From positions 38,192,001-38,256,000 of the forward strand of contig OZ024750.1 of the NCBI GenBank assembly GCA_964016885.1: a DNA stretch of 64,000 nucleotides, given 5' to 3'. Origin of the DNA: Eledone cirrhosa (taxonomy: Eukaryota). The notes beneath the pieces are model-generated. The model saw only the letters and a program-made list of their open reading frames with translations, searched no databases and was not told the DNA's origin. Shown in pieces: positions 1-15,800 of the stretch. The position numbers and the translations under genes are program-made. Each line of letters opens with the position of its first letter. The stretch's first letter is position 1.

Positions 1-1550
1 TTCCATGAAGCTATGACTAACCTGTACACTGTATGTGATGTACAATGAAGCTATGGCTAACCTGTACACTGTATGTGATTTACCATGAAGCTATGACTAA
101 CTTGTACACTGTATATGATGTACCATGAAGCTATGACTAACATGTACACTGTATGCGATGTACCATGAAGCTATGACTAACCTGTACACTGTATGTGATG
201 TACCATGAAGCTATGACTAACCTGTACACTGTATGTGATGTACCATGAAGCTATGGCTAACCTCTACACTGTATGTGATGTACCATGAAGCTATGACTAA
301 CCTGTACACTGTATGTGATGTACCATGAAGCTATAGCTAACCTATACACTGTATGTGATATACCATGATGCTATGACTAATCTGTACACTGTATGTGATG
401 TACCATGAAGCTATGGCTAACCTGTACACCGTATGTGATGTAACATGAAGCTATAGCTAACCTGTACACTGTATGTGATGTACCATGAAGCTATGACTAA
501 CCTGTACACTGTATGTGATGTACCATGAAGCTATGACTAACCTGTACACTGTATGTGATGTACCATGAAGCTATGGCTAACCTGTACACTGTACGTGATG
601 TACCATGAAGCTATGACTAACCTGTACACTGTATATGATGTACCATGAAGCTATGACTAACATGTACACTGTATGCGATGTACCATGAAGCTATGACTAA
701 CCTGTACACTGTATGTAATGTACCATGAAGCTATGACTAACCTGTACACTGTATGTGATGTACCATGAAGCTATAGGTAACCTGTACACTGTATGTGATG
801 TACCATGAAGCTATGACTAACCTGTACACTGTATGTGATGTACCATGAAGCTATGACTAACCTGTACACTGTATGTGATGTACCATGAAGCTATGACTAA
901 CCTGTACACTGTATGTGATGTACCATGAAGCTATAGCTAACCTATACACTGTATGTGATGTACCATGAAGCTATGACTAACCTGTACACTGTATGTGATG
1001 TACCATGAAGCTACGACTAACCTATACACTGTATGTGATGTACCATGAAGCTATGACTAATCTGTACACTGTATGTGATGTACCATGAAGCTATGACTAA
1101 CATGTAACCTGTATGTGATGTACCATGAAGCTATGACTAACCTGTACATTGTATGTGATGTACCATGAAGCTATGCTAACCTGTACACTGTATGTGATGT
1201 ACCATGAAGCTATGGCTAACCTGTACAATGTATGTGATGTACCATGAAGCTATGACTAACCTGTACACTGTATGTGATGTACCATGAAGCTATGGCTAAC
1301 CTGTACACTGTATGTGATGTACCATGAAGCTATGACTTACCTGTACACTGTATGTGATGAACCATGAAGCTATGGCTAAGCTGTACACTGTATGTGATGT
1401 ACCATGAAGCTATGGCTAACATGTACACTGTATGTGATGTACCATGAAGCTATGGCTAACCTGTACACTGTATGTGATGTACCATGAAGCTATGGCTAAG
1501 CTGTACACTGTATGTGATGTACCATGAAGCTATGACTAACCTGTACACTG
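1..1550. repeat. Variant-haplotype block copied at about 8918-10467 (offset 8917)
   Basis: Same ordered markers in both copies: ttcc (1/8918), tacaatg, gattta, catgatg (364/9281), tacgtg, gtaatg, ctacga, tacattg, gatgaacc. The copies diverge after about 1555/10472. Confidence 0.85.
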
Positions 1551-3899
1551 TATGCGATGTACCATAAAGCTATAGCTAACCTATACACTCTATGTGATGT
1601 ACCATGAGGCTATGAATAACCTGTACACTGTATGTGATGTGCCATGAAGCTATGGCTAACCTGTACACTGTATGTGATGTAACATGAAGCTATAGCTAAC
1701 CTGTACACTGTATGTGATGTACCATGAAGCTATGTCTAACCTGTACACTGTATGTGATGTACCATGAAGCTATGACTAACCTGTACACTGTATGTGATTT
1801 ACCATGAAGCTATGACTAACATGTACACTGTATGCGATGTACCATGAAGCTATGACTAACCTGTACACTGTATGTGATGTACCATGAAGCTATGACTAAC
1901 CTGTACACTGTATGTGATGTACCATGAAGCTATGGCTAACCTGTACACTGTATGTGATGTACCATGAAGCTATAGGTAAGCTGTACACTGTATGTGATGT
2001 ACCATGAAGCTATGACTAACCTGTACACTGTATGTGATGTACCATGAAGCTATGGCTAACCTGTACACTGTATGTGATGTACCATGAAGCTATGACTAAC
2101 CTATACACTGTATGTGATGTACCATGAAGCTATGACTAAACTTTACACTGTATGTGATGTACCATGAAGCTATGGCTAACCTGTACACTGTATGTGATGT
2201 ACCATGAAGCTATGGCTAACCTGTACACTGTATGTGATGTACCATGAAGTTATAGCTAATCTGTACACTGTATGTGATGTAACATGAAGCTATAGCTAAC
2301 CTGTACACTGTATGTGATGTACCATGAAGCTATGACTAACCTGTACACTGTATGTGATGTACCATGAAGCTATAGCTAACCTATACACTGTATGTGATGT
2401 ACCATGAAGCTAAGACTAACCTGTACACTGTATGTGATGTACCATGAAGCTACAACTAACCTATACACTGTATGTGATGTACCATGAAGCTATGACTAAC
2501 CTGTACACTGTATGTGATGTACCATGAAGCTATGACTAACCTGTACACTGTATGTGATGTACCATGAAGCTATGACTAACCTGTACACTGTATGTGATGT
2601 ACCATGAAGCTATAGCTAACCTATACACTGTATGTGATGTACCATGAAGCTATGACTAACCTTTACACTGTATGTGATGTACCATGAAGCTATGGCTAAC
2701 CTGTACACTGTATGTGATGTACCATGAAGCTATGGCTAACCTGTACACTGTATGTGATGTACCATGAAGTTATAGCTAATCTGTACACTGTATGTGATGT
2801 AACATGAAGCTATAGCTAACCTGTACACTGTATGTGATGTACCATGAAGCTATGACTAACCTGTACACTGTATGTGATGTACCATGAAGCTATGACTAAC
2901 CTGTACACTGTATGTGATGTACCATGAAGCTATAGCTAACCTATACACTGTATGTGATGTACCATGAAGCTATGACTAACCTGTACACTGTATGTGATGT
3001 ACCATGAAGCTATGACTAACCTATACACTGTATGTGATGTACCATGAAGCTATGACTAACCTGTACACTGTATGTGATGTACCATGAAGCTATGACTAAC
3101 ATGTAACCTGTATGTGATGTACCATGAAGCTATGACTAACCTGTACACTGTATGTGATGTACCATGAAGCTATGGCTAACCTGTACACTGTATGTGATGT
3201 AACATAAGCTATAGCTAACCTGTACACTGTATGTGATGTACCATGAAGCTATGACTAACCTATACACTGTATGTGATGTACCATGAAGCTATGACTAACC
3301 TTTACACTGTATGTGATGTACCATGAATTCTATGACTAACCTGTACACTGTATGTGATGTACCATGAAGCTTTAACTAACCTATACACTGTATGCGATGT
3401 ACCATGAAGCTATGACTAACCTTTACACTGTATGTGATGTACCATGAAGCTATGGCTAACCTGTACACTGTATGTGATGTACCATGAAGCTATGGCTAAC
3501 CTGTACACTGTATGTGATGTACCATGAAGTTATAGCTAATCTGTACACTGTATGTGATGTAACATGAAGCTATAGCTAACCTGTACACTGTATGTGATGT
3601 ACCATGAAGCTATGACTAACCTGTACACTGTATGTGATGTACCATGAAGCTATGACTAACCTGTACACTGTATGTGATGTACCATGAAGCTATAGCTAAC
3701 CTATACACTGTATGTGATGTACCATGAAGCTATGACTAACCTGTACACTGTATGTGATGTACCATGAAGCTATGACTAACCTATGCACTGTATGTGATGT
3801 ACCATGAAGCTATGACTAACCTGTACACTGTATGTGATGTACCATGAAGCTATGACTAACATGTAACCTGTATGTGATGTACCATGAAGCTATGACTAA

Positions 3900-6800
3900 C
3901 CTGTACACTGTATGTGATGTACCATGAAGCTATGCTAACCTGTACACTGTATGTGATGTACCATGAAGCTATGGCTAACATGTACAATGTATGTGATGTA
4001 CCATGAAGCTATGACTAACCTGTACACTGTATGTGATGTACCATGAAGCTATGGCTAACCTGTACACTGTATGTGATGTACCATGAAGCTATGACTTACC
4101 TGTACACTGTATGTGATGTACCATGAAGCTATGGCTAAGCTGTACACTGTATGTGATGTACCATGAAGCTATGGCTAACAGGTACACTGTATGTGATGTA
4201 CCATGAAGCTATGGCTAACCTGTACACTGTATGTGATGTACCATGAAGCTATGGCTAAGCTGTACACTGTATGTGATGTACCATGAAGCTATGACTAACC
4301 TGTACACTGTATGTGATGTACCATGAAGCTATAGCTAACCTGTACCCTGTATGTGATGTACCATGAAGCTATGGCTAACCTGTACACTGTATGTGATGTA
4401 CCATGAAGCTATGACTAACCTGTACACTGTATGTGATGTACCATGAAGCTATAGCTAACCTATACACTGTATGTGATGTACCATGAAGCTATGGTTAACA
4501 TGTACACTGTATGTGATGTACCATGAAGCTATGACTAACTTGTACACTGTATGTGATGTACCATGAAGCTATGGCTAACCTGTACACTGTGTGTGATGTA
4601 CCATGAAGCTATGGCTAACCTGTACACTGTATGTGATGTACCATGAAGCTATGGCTAACTTGTACACTGTATGTGATGTACCATGAAGCTATGTCTAACC
4701 TGTACACTGTATGTGATGTACCATGAAGCTATGGCTAACATGTACACTGTATGTGATGTACCATGAAGCTATGGCTAACCTGTACACTGTATGTGATGTA
4801 CCATGAAGCTATAGCTAACCTGTACACTGTATGTGATGTACCATGAAGCTATGGCTAACCTGTACACTGTATGTGATGTACCATGAAGCTATGACTAACC
4901 TGTACACTGTATATAATGTACCATGAAGCTATGACTAACCTTTACACTGTATGTGATGTACCATGAAGCTATGGCTAACATGTACACTGTATGTGATGTA
5001 CCATGAAGCTATGACTAACATGTACACTGTATGTGATGTACCATGAAGCTATGGCTAACCTGTACACTGTATGTGATGTACCATGAAGCTATGACTAACC
5101 TGTACACTGTATGTGATGTTCCATGAAGCTATGACTAACCTGTACACTGTATGTGATGTACCATGAAGCTATGGCTAACCTGTACACTGTATATAATGTA
5201 CCATGAAGCTATGACTAACTTGTACACTGTATATGATGTACCATGAAGCTATGACTAACATGTACACTGTATGCGATGTACCATGAAGCTATGACTAACC
5301 TGTACACTGTATGTGATGTACCATGAAGCTATGACTAACCTGTACACTGTATGTGATGTACCATGAAGCTATGGCTAACCTGTACACTGTATGTGATGTA
5401 ACATAAGCTATAGCTAACCTGTACACTGTATGTGATGTACCATGAAGCTATGACTAACCTGTACACTGTATGTGATGTACCATGAAGCTATGACTAACCC
5501 GTACACTGTATGTGATGTAACATGAAGCTATAGCTAACCTCTACATTGTATGTGATGTACCATGAAGCTATGACTAACCTGTACACTGTATGTGATGTAC
5601 CATGAAGCTATAGCTAACCTATACACTGTATGTGATGTACCATGAAGCTATGACTAATATGTACACTGTATGTGATGTACCATGAAGCTATGGCTAACCT
5701 GTACACCGTATGTGATGTAACATGAAGCTATAGCTAACCTGTACACTGTATGTGATGTACCATGAAGCTATGACTAACCTGTACACTGTATGTGATGTAC
5801 CATGAAGCTATGACTAACCTGTACACTGTATGTGATGTACCATGAAGCTATCACTAACCTGTACACTGTATGTGATGTACCATGAAGCTATGACTAACCT
5901 ATACACTCTATGTGATGTACCATGAAGCTATGACTAACCTTTACACTGTATGTGATGTACCATGAATTCTATGACTAACCTGTACACTGTATGTGATGTA
6001 CCATGAAGCTATGACTAACCTATACACTGTATGTGATGTACCATGAAGCTATGACTAACCTTTACACTGTATGTGATGTAACATGAAGCTATAGCTAACC
6101 TGTACACTGTATGTGATGTACCATGAAGCTATGACTAACCTGTACACTGTATGTGATGTACCATGAAGCTATAGCTAACCTATACACTGTATGTGGTGTA
6201 CCATGAAGCTATGACTAACCTGTACACTGTATGTGATGTACCATGAAGCTATGACTAACATGTAACCTGTATGTGATGTACCATGAAGCTATGACTAACC
6301 TGTACACTGTATGTGATGTACCATGAAGCTATGCTAACCTGTACACTGTATGTGATGTACCATGAAGCTATGGCTAACCTGTACAATGTATGTGATGTAC
6401 CATGAAGCTATGACTAACCTATACACTGTATGTGATGTACCATGAAGCTATGACTAACCTGTACACTGTATGTGATGTACCATGAAGCTATGGCTAAACT
6501 GTACACTGTATGTGACTTACCATGAAGCTATGGCTAACCTGTACACTGTATGTGATGTACCATGAAGCTATGACTAACCTGTACACTGTATATGATGTAC
6601 CATGAAGCTATGACTAACATGTACACTGTATGCGATGTACCATGAAGCTATGACTAACCTGTACACTGTATGTGATGTACCATGAAGCTATGACTAACCT
6701 GTACACTGTATGTGATGTACCATGAAGCTATGACTAACCTGTACACTGTATGTGATGTACCATGAATCTATGGCTACACCTGTACACTGTATGTGATGTA

Positions 6801-9800
6801 CCATGAAGCTATGACTAACCTATACACTGTATGTGATGTACCATGAAGCTATGACTAACCTGTACACCGTATGTGATGTACCATGAAGCTATAACTAACC
6901 TATAAACTGTATGTGATGTACCATGAAGCTATGACTAACCTGTACACTGTATGTGATGTACCATGAAGCTATGACTAACCTATACACTGTATGTGATGTA
7001 CCATGCAGCTATGACTAACCTGTACACTGTATGTGATGTACCATGAAGCTAAAGCTAACCTGTACACTGTATGTGATGTACCATGAAGCTATGACTAACC
7101 TGTACACTGTATGTGATGTACCATGAAGCTATGACTAACCTGTACACTGTATGTGATGTAGCATGAAGCTATAGCTAACCTGTACACTGTATGTGATGTA
7201 CCATGAAGCTATGACTAACCTGTACACTGTATGCGATGTACCATGAAGCTATAGCTAACCCGTACACTGTATGTGATGTACCATGAAGCTATGTCTAACC
7301 TGTACACTGTATGTGATGTACCATGAAGCTATGACTAACCTGTACACTGTATGTGATGTACCATGAAGCTATGACTAACCTGTACACTGAATGTGATGTA
7401 CCATGAAGCTATGGCTAACCTGTACACTGTATGTGATGTACCATGAAGCTATAGGTAAGCTGTACACTGTATGTGATGTACCATGAAGCTATGACTAACC
7501 TGTACACTCTATGTGATGTACCATGAAGCTATGGCTAACCTGTACACTGTATGTGATGTACCATGAAGCTATGACTAACCTATACACTGTATGTGATGTA
7601 CCATGAAGCTATGACTAAACTTTACACTGTATGTGATGTACCATGAAGCTATGGGTAACCTGTACACTGTATGTGATGTACCATGAAGCTATGGCTAACC
7701 TGTACACTGTATGTGATGTACCATGAAGTTATAGCTAATCTGTACACTGTATGTGATGTAACATGAAGCTATAGCTAACCTGTACACTGTATGTGATGTA
7801 CCATGAAGCTATGACTAACCTGTACACAGTATGTGATGTACCATGAAGCTATAGCTAACCTATACACTGTATGTGATGTACCATGAAGCTAAGACTAACC
7901 TGTACACTGTATGTGATGTACCATGAAGCTACAACTAACCTATACACTGTATGTGATGTACCATGAAGCTATGACTAACCTGTACACTGTATGTGATGTA
8001 CCATGAAGCTATTACTAACATGTACACTGTATGTGATGTACCATGAAGCTATGACTAACCTGTACACTGTATGTGATGTACCATGAAGCTATGCTAAACG
8101 GTACACTGTTTGTGATGTACCATGAAGCTATGGCTAACCTGTACACTGTATGTGATGTACCATGAAGCTATAGGTAAGCTGTACACTGTATGTGATGTAC
8201 CATGAAGCTATGTCTAACCTGTACACTGTATGTGATGTACCATGAAGCTATGGCTAACCTGTACACTGTATGTGATGTACCATGAAGCTATGACTAACCT
8301 ATACACTGTATGTGATGTACCATGAAGCTATGACTAAACTTTACACTGTATGTGATGTACCATGAAGCTATGGCTAACCTGTACACTGTATGTGATGTAC
8401 CATGAAGCTATGACTAACCTGTACACTGTATGTGATGTACCATGAAGCTATGGCTAACCTGTACACTGTATGTGATGTACCATGAAGTTATGGCTAACCT
8501 GTACACTGTATGTGATGTACCATGAAGCTATGGCTATCCTGTACACTGTATGTGATGTACCATGAAGCTATGACTAACCTGTACATTGTATGGGATGTAC
8601 CATGAAGCTATAGCTAACCTGTACACTGTATGTGATGTACCATAAAGCTATGGCTAACCTGTACACTGTATGTGATGTACCATGAAGCTATGACTAACCT
8701 GTACACTGTATATGATGTACCATGAAGCTATGACTAACCTTTACACTGTATGTGATGTACCATGAAGCTATGGCTAACATGTACACTGTATGTGATGTAC
8801 CATGAAGCTATGACTAACCTGTACACTGTATGTGATGTACCATGAAGCTATGGCTAACCTGTACACTGTATGTGATGTACCATGAAGCTATGACTAACCT
8901 GTACACTGTATGTGATGTTCCATGAAGCTATGACTAACCTGTACACTGTATGTGATGTACAATGAAGCTATGGCTAACCTGTACACTGTATGTGATTTAC
9001 CATGAAGCTATGACTAACTTGTACACTGTATATGATGTACCATGAAGCTATGACTAACATGTACACTGTATGCGATGTACCATGAAGCTATGACTAACCT
9101 GTACACTGTATGTGATGTACCATGAAGCTATGACTAACCTGTACACTGTATGTGATGTACCATGAAGCTATGGCTAACCTCTACACTGTATGTGATGTAC
9201 CATGAAGCTATGACTAACCTGTACACTGTATGTGATGTACCATGAAGCTATAGCTAACCTATACACTGTATGTGATATACCATGATGCTATGACTAATCT
9301 GTACACTGTATGTGATGTACCATGAAGCTATGGCTAACCTGTACACCGTATGTGATGTAACATGAAGCTATAGCTAACCTGTACACTGTATGTGATGTAC
9401 CATGAAGCTATGACTAACCTGTACACTGTATGTGATGTACCATGAAGCTATGACTAACCTGTACACTGTATGTGATGTACCATGAAGCTATGGCTAACCT
9501 GTACACTGTACGTGATGTACCATGAAGCTATGACTAACCTGTACACTGTATATGATGTACCATGAAGCTATGACTAACATGTACACTGTATGCGATGTAC
9601 CATGAAGCTATGACTAACCTGTACACTGTATGTAATGTACCATGAAGCTATGACTAACCTGTACACTGTATGTGATGTACCATGAAGCTATAGGTAACCT
9701 GTACACTGTATGTGATGTACCATGAAGCTATGACTAACCTGTACACTGTATGTGATGTACCATGAAGCTATGACTAACCTGTACACTGTATGTGATGTAC

Positions 9801-12800
9801 CATGAAGCTATGACTAACCTGTACACTGTATGTGATGTACCATGAAGCTATAGCTAACCTATACACTGTATGTGATGTACCATGAAGCTATGACTAACCT
9901 GTACACTGTATGTGATGTACCATGAAGCTACGACTAACCTATACACTGTATGTGATGTACCATGAAGCTATGACTAATCTGTACACTGTATGTGATGTAC
10001 CATGAAGCTATGACTAACATGTAACCTGTATGTGATGTACCATGAAGCTATGACTAACCTGTACATTGTATGTGATGTACCATGAAGCTATGCTAACCTG
10101 TACACTGTATGTGATGTACCATGAAGCTATGGCTAACCTGTACAATGTATGTGATGTACCATGAAGCTATGACTAACCTGTACACTGTATGTGATGTACC
10201 ATGAAGCTATGGCTAACCTGTACACTGTATGTGATGTACCATGAAGCTATGACTTACCTGTACACTGTATGTGATGAACCATGAAGCTATGGCTAAGCTG
10301 TACACTGTATGTGATGTACCATGAAGCTATGGCTAACATGTACACTGTATGTGATGTACCATGAAGCTATGGCTAACCTGTACACTGTATGTGATGTACC
10401 ATGAAGCTATGGCTAAGCTGTACACTGTATGTGATGTACCATGAAGCTATGACTAACCTGTACACTGTATGTGATGTACCATGAAGCTATAGCTAACCTG
10501 TACCCTGTATGTGATGTACCATGAAGCTATGGCTAACCTGTACACTGTATGTGATGTACCATGAAGCTATGACTAACCTGTACACTGTATGTGATGTACC
10601 ATGAAGCTATAGCTAACCTATACACTGTATGTGATGTACCATGAAGCTATGGTTAACATGTACACTGTATGTGATGTACCATGAAGCTATGACTAACTTG
10701 TACACTGTATGTGATGTACCATGAAGCTATGGCTAACCTGTACACTGTGTGTGATGTACCATGAAGCTATGGCTAACCTGTACACTGTATGTGATGTACC
10801 ATGAAGCTATGGCTAACCTGTACACTGTATGTGATGTACCATGAAGCTATGTCTAACCTGTACACTGTATATAATGTACCATGAAGCTATGACTAACCTT
10901 TACACTGTATGTGATGTACCATGAAGCTATGGCTAACATGTACACTGTATGTGATGTACCATGAAGCTATGACTAACATGTACACTGTATGTGATGTACC
11001 ATGAAGCTATGGCTAACCTGTACACTGTATGTGATGTACCATGAAGCTATGACTAACCTGTACACTGTATGTGATGTTCCATGAAGCTATGACTAACCTG
11101 TACACTGTATGTGATGTACCATGAAGCTATGGCTAACCTGTACACTGTATATAATGTACCATGAAGCTATGACTAACTTGTACACTGTATATGATGTACC
11201 ATGAAGCTATGACTAACATGTACACTGTATGCGATGTACCATGAAGCTATGACTAACCTGTACACTGTATGTGATGTACCATGAAGCTATGACTAACCTG
11301 TACACTGTATGTGATGTACCATGAAGCTATGGTTAACCTGTACACTGTATGTGATGTAACATAAGCTATAGCTAACCTGTACACTGTATGTGATGTACCA
11401 TGAAGCTATGACTAACCTGTACACTGTATGTGATGTACCATGAAGCTATGACTAACCCGTACACTGTATGTGATGTAACATGAAGCTATAGCTAACCTCT
11501 ACACTGTATGTGATGTACCATGAAGCTATGACTAACCTGTACACTGTATGTGATGTACCATGAAGCTATAGCTAACCTATACACTGTATGTGATGTACCA
11601 TGAAGCTATGACTAATCTGTACACTGGATGTGATGTACCATGAAGCTATGGCTAACCTGTACACCGTATGTGATGTAACATGAAGCTATAGCTAACCTGT
11701 ACACTGTATGTGATATACCATGAAGCTATGACTAACCTGTACACTGTATGTGATGTACCATGAAGCTATGACTAACCTGTCCACTGTATGTGATGTACCA
11801 TGAAGCTATCACTAACCTGTACACTGTATGTGATGTACCATGAAGCTATGACTAACCTATACACTCTATGTGATGTACCATGAAGCTATGACTAACCTTT
11901 ACACTGTATGTGATGTACCATGAATTCTATGACTAACCTGTACACTGTATGTGATGTACCATGAAGCTATGACTAACCTATACACTGTATGTGATGTACC
12001 ATGAAGCTATGACTAACCTTTACACTGTATGTGATGTAACATGAAGCTATAGCTAACCTGTACACTGTATGTGATGTACCATGAAGCTATGACTAACCTG
12101 TACACTGTATGTGATGTACCATGAAGCTATAGCTAACCTATACACTGTATGTGGTGTACCATGAAGCTATGACTAACCTGTACACTGTATGTGATGTACC
12201 ATGAAGCTATGACTAACATGTAACCTGTATGTGATGTACCATGAAGCTATGACTAACCTGTACACTGTATGTGATGTACCATGAAGCTATGCTAACCTGT
12301 ACACTGTATGTGATGTACCATGAAGCTATGGCTAACCTGTACAATGTATGTGATGTACCATGAAGCTATGACTAACCTATACACTGTATGTGATGTACCA
12401 TGAAGCTATGACTAACCTGTACACTGTATGTGATGTACCATGAAGCTATGGCTAAACTGTACACTGTATGTGACTTACCATGAAGCTATGGCTAACCTGT
12501 ACACTGTATGTGATGTACCATGAAGCTATGACTAACCTGTACACTGTATATGATGTACCATGAAGCTATGACTAACATGTACACTGTATGCGATGTACCA
12601 TGAAGCTATGACTAACCTGTACACTGTATGTGATGTACCATGAAGCTATGACTAACCTGTACACTGTATGTGATGTACCATGAAGCTATGACTAACCTGT
12701 ACACTGTATGTGATGTACCATGAATCTATGGCTACACCTGTACACTGTATGTGATGTACCATGAAGCTATGACTAACCTATACACTGTATGTGATGTACC

Positions 12801-15800
12801 ATGAAGCTATGACTAACCTGTACACCGTATGTGATGTACCATGAAGCTATAACTAACCTATAAACTGTATGTGATGTACCATGAAGCTATGACTAACCTG
12901 TACACTGTATGTGATGTACCATGAAGCTATGACTAACCTATACACTGTATGTGATGTACCATGCAGCTATGACTAACCTGTACACTGTATGTGATGTAGC
13001 ATGAAGCTAAAGCTAACCTGTACACTGTATGTGATGTACCATGAAGCTATGACTAACCTGTACACTGTATGTGATGTACCATGAAGCTATGACTAACCTG
13101 TACACTGTATGTGATGTAGCATGAAGCTATAGCTAACCTGTACACTGTATGTGATGTACCATGAAGCTATGACTAACCTGTACACTGTATGCGATGTACC
13201 ATGAAGCTATAGCTAACCCGTACACTGTATGTGATGTACCATGAAGCTATGACTAACATGTACACTGTATGCGATGTACCATGAAGCTATGACTAACCTG
13301 TACACTGTATGTGATGTACCATGAAGCTATGACTAACCTGTACACTGAATGTGATGTACCATGAAGCTATGGCTAACCTGTACACTGTATGTGATGTACC
13401 ATGAAGCTATAGGTAAGCTGTACACTGTATGTGATGTACCATGAAGCTATGACTAACCTGTACACTCTATGTGATGTACCATGAAGCTATGACTAACCTA
13501 TACACTGTATGTGATGTACCATGAAGCTATGACTAAACTTTACACTGTATGTGATGTACCATGAAGCTATGGGTAACCTGTACACTGTATGTGATGTACC
13601 ATGAAGCTATGGCTAACCTGTACACTGTATGTGATGTACCATGAAGTTATAGCTAATCTGTACACTGTATGTGATGTAACATGAAGCTATAGCTAACCTG
13701 TACACTGTATGTGATGTACCATGAAGCTATGACTAACCTGTACACAGTATGTGATGTACCATGAAGCTATAGCTAACCTATACACTGTATGTGATGTACC
13801 ATGAAGCTAAGACTAACCTGTACACTGTATGTGATGTACCATGAAGCTACAACTAACCTATACACTGTATGTGATGTACCATGAAGCTATGACTAACCTG
13901 TACACTGTATGTGATGTACCATGAAGCTATTACTAACATGTACACTGTATGTGATGTACCATGAAGCTATGACTAACCTGTACACTGTATGTGATGTACC
14001 ATGAAGCTATGCTAAACGGTACACTGTTTGTGATGTACCATGAAGCTATGGCTAACCTGTACACTGTATGTGATGTACCATGAAGCTATAGGTAAGCTGT
14101 ACACAGTATGTGATGTACCATGAAGCTATGACTAACCTGTACACTGTATGTGATGTACCATGAAGCTATGGCTAACCTGTACACTGTATGTGATGTACCA
14201 TGAAGCTATGACTAACCTATACACTGTATGTGATGTACCATGAAGCTATGACTAAACTTTACACTGTATGTGATGTACCATGAAGCTATGGCTAACCTGT
14301 ACACTGTATGTGATGTACCATGAAGCTATGACTAACCTGTACACTGTATGTGATGTACCATGAAGCTATGGCTAACCTGTACACTGTATGTGATGTACCA
14401 TGAAGTTATGGCTAACCTGTACACTGTATGTGATGTACCATGAAGCTATGGCTATCCTGTACACTGTATGTGAGGTACCATGCAGCTATGGCTAACCTGT
14501 ACACTGTATGTGATGTACCATGAAGCTATGACTAACCTGTACATTGTATGGGATGTACCATGAAGCTATAGCTAACTTGTACACTGTATGTGATGTACCA
14601 TAAAGCTATGGCTAACCTGTACACTGTATGTGATGTACCATGAAGCTATGACTAACCTGTACACTGTATATGATGTACCATGAAGCTATGACTAACCTTT
14701 ACACTGTATGTGATGTACCATGAAGCTATGGCTAACATGTACACTGTATGTGATGTACCATGAAGCTATGACTAACCTGTACACTGTATGTGATGTACCA
14801 TGAAGCTATGGCTAACCTGTACACTGTATGTGATGTACCATGAAGCTATGACTAACCTGTACACTGTATGTGATGTTCCATGAAGCTATGACTAACCTGT
14901 ACACTGTATGTGATGTACAATGAGGCTATGGCTAACCTGTACACTGTATGTGATTTACCATGAAGCTATGACTAACTTGTACACTGTATATGATGTACCA
15001 TGAAGCTATGACTAACATGTACACTGTATGCGATGTACCATGAAGCTATGACTAACCTGTACACTGTATGTGATGTACCATGAAGCTATGACTAACCTGT
15101 ACACTGTATGTGATGTACCATGAAGCTATGGCTAACCTCTACACTGTATGTGATGTACCATAAAGCTATGACTAACCTGTAGACTGTATGTGATGTACCA
15201 TGAAGCTATAGCTAACCTATACACTGTATGTGATATACCATGAAGCTATGACTAATCTGTACACTGTATGTGATGTACCATGAAGCTATGGCTAACCTGT
15301 ACACCGTATGTGATGTAACATGAAGCTATAGCTAACCTGTACACTGTATGTGATGTACCATGAAGCTATGACTAACCTGTACACTGTATGTGATGTACCA
15401 TGAAGCTATGACTAACCTGTACACTGTATGTGATGTACCATGAAGCTATGGCTAACCTGTACACTGTACGTGATGTACCATGAAGCTATGACTAACCTGT
15501 ACACTGTATATGATGTACCATGAAGCTATGACTAACATGTACACTGTATGCGATGTACCATGAAGCTATGACTAACCTGTACACTGTATGTTATGTACCA
15601 TGAAGCTATGACTAACCTGTACACTGTATGTGATGTACCATGAAGCTATAGGTAACCTATACACTGTATGTGATGTACCATGAAGCTATGACTAACCTGT
15701 ACACTGTATGTGATGTACCATGAAGCTACGACTAACCTATACACTGTATGTGATGTACCATGAAGCTATGACTAATCTGTACACTGTATGTGATGTACCA

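Noticed and set aside
184-203. Structured ncRNA or hairpin per monomer (GTACA...TGTAC; TACA-C-TGTA)
   Set aside because: Stems are only 4-5 bp and I saw no compensatory changes among variants.
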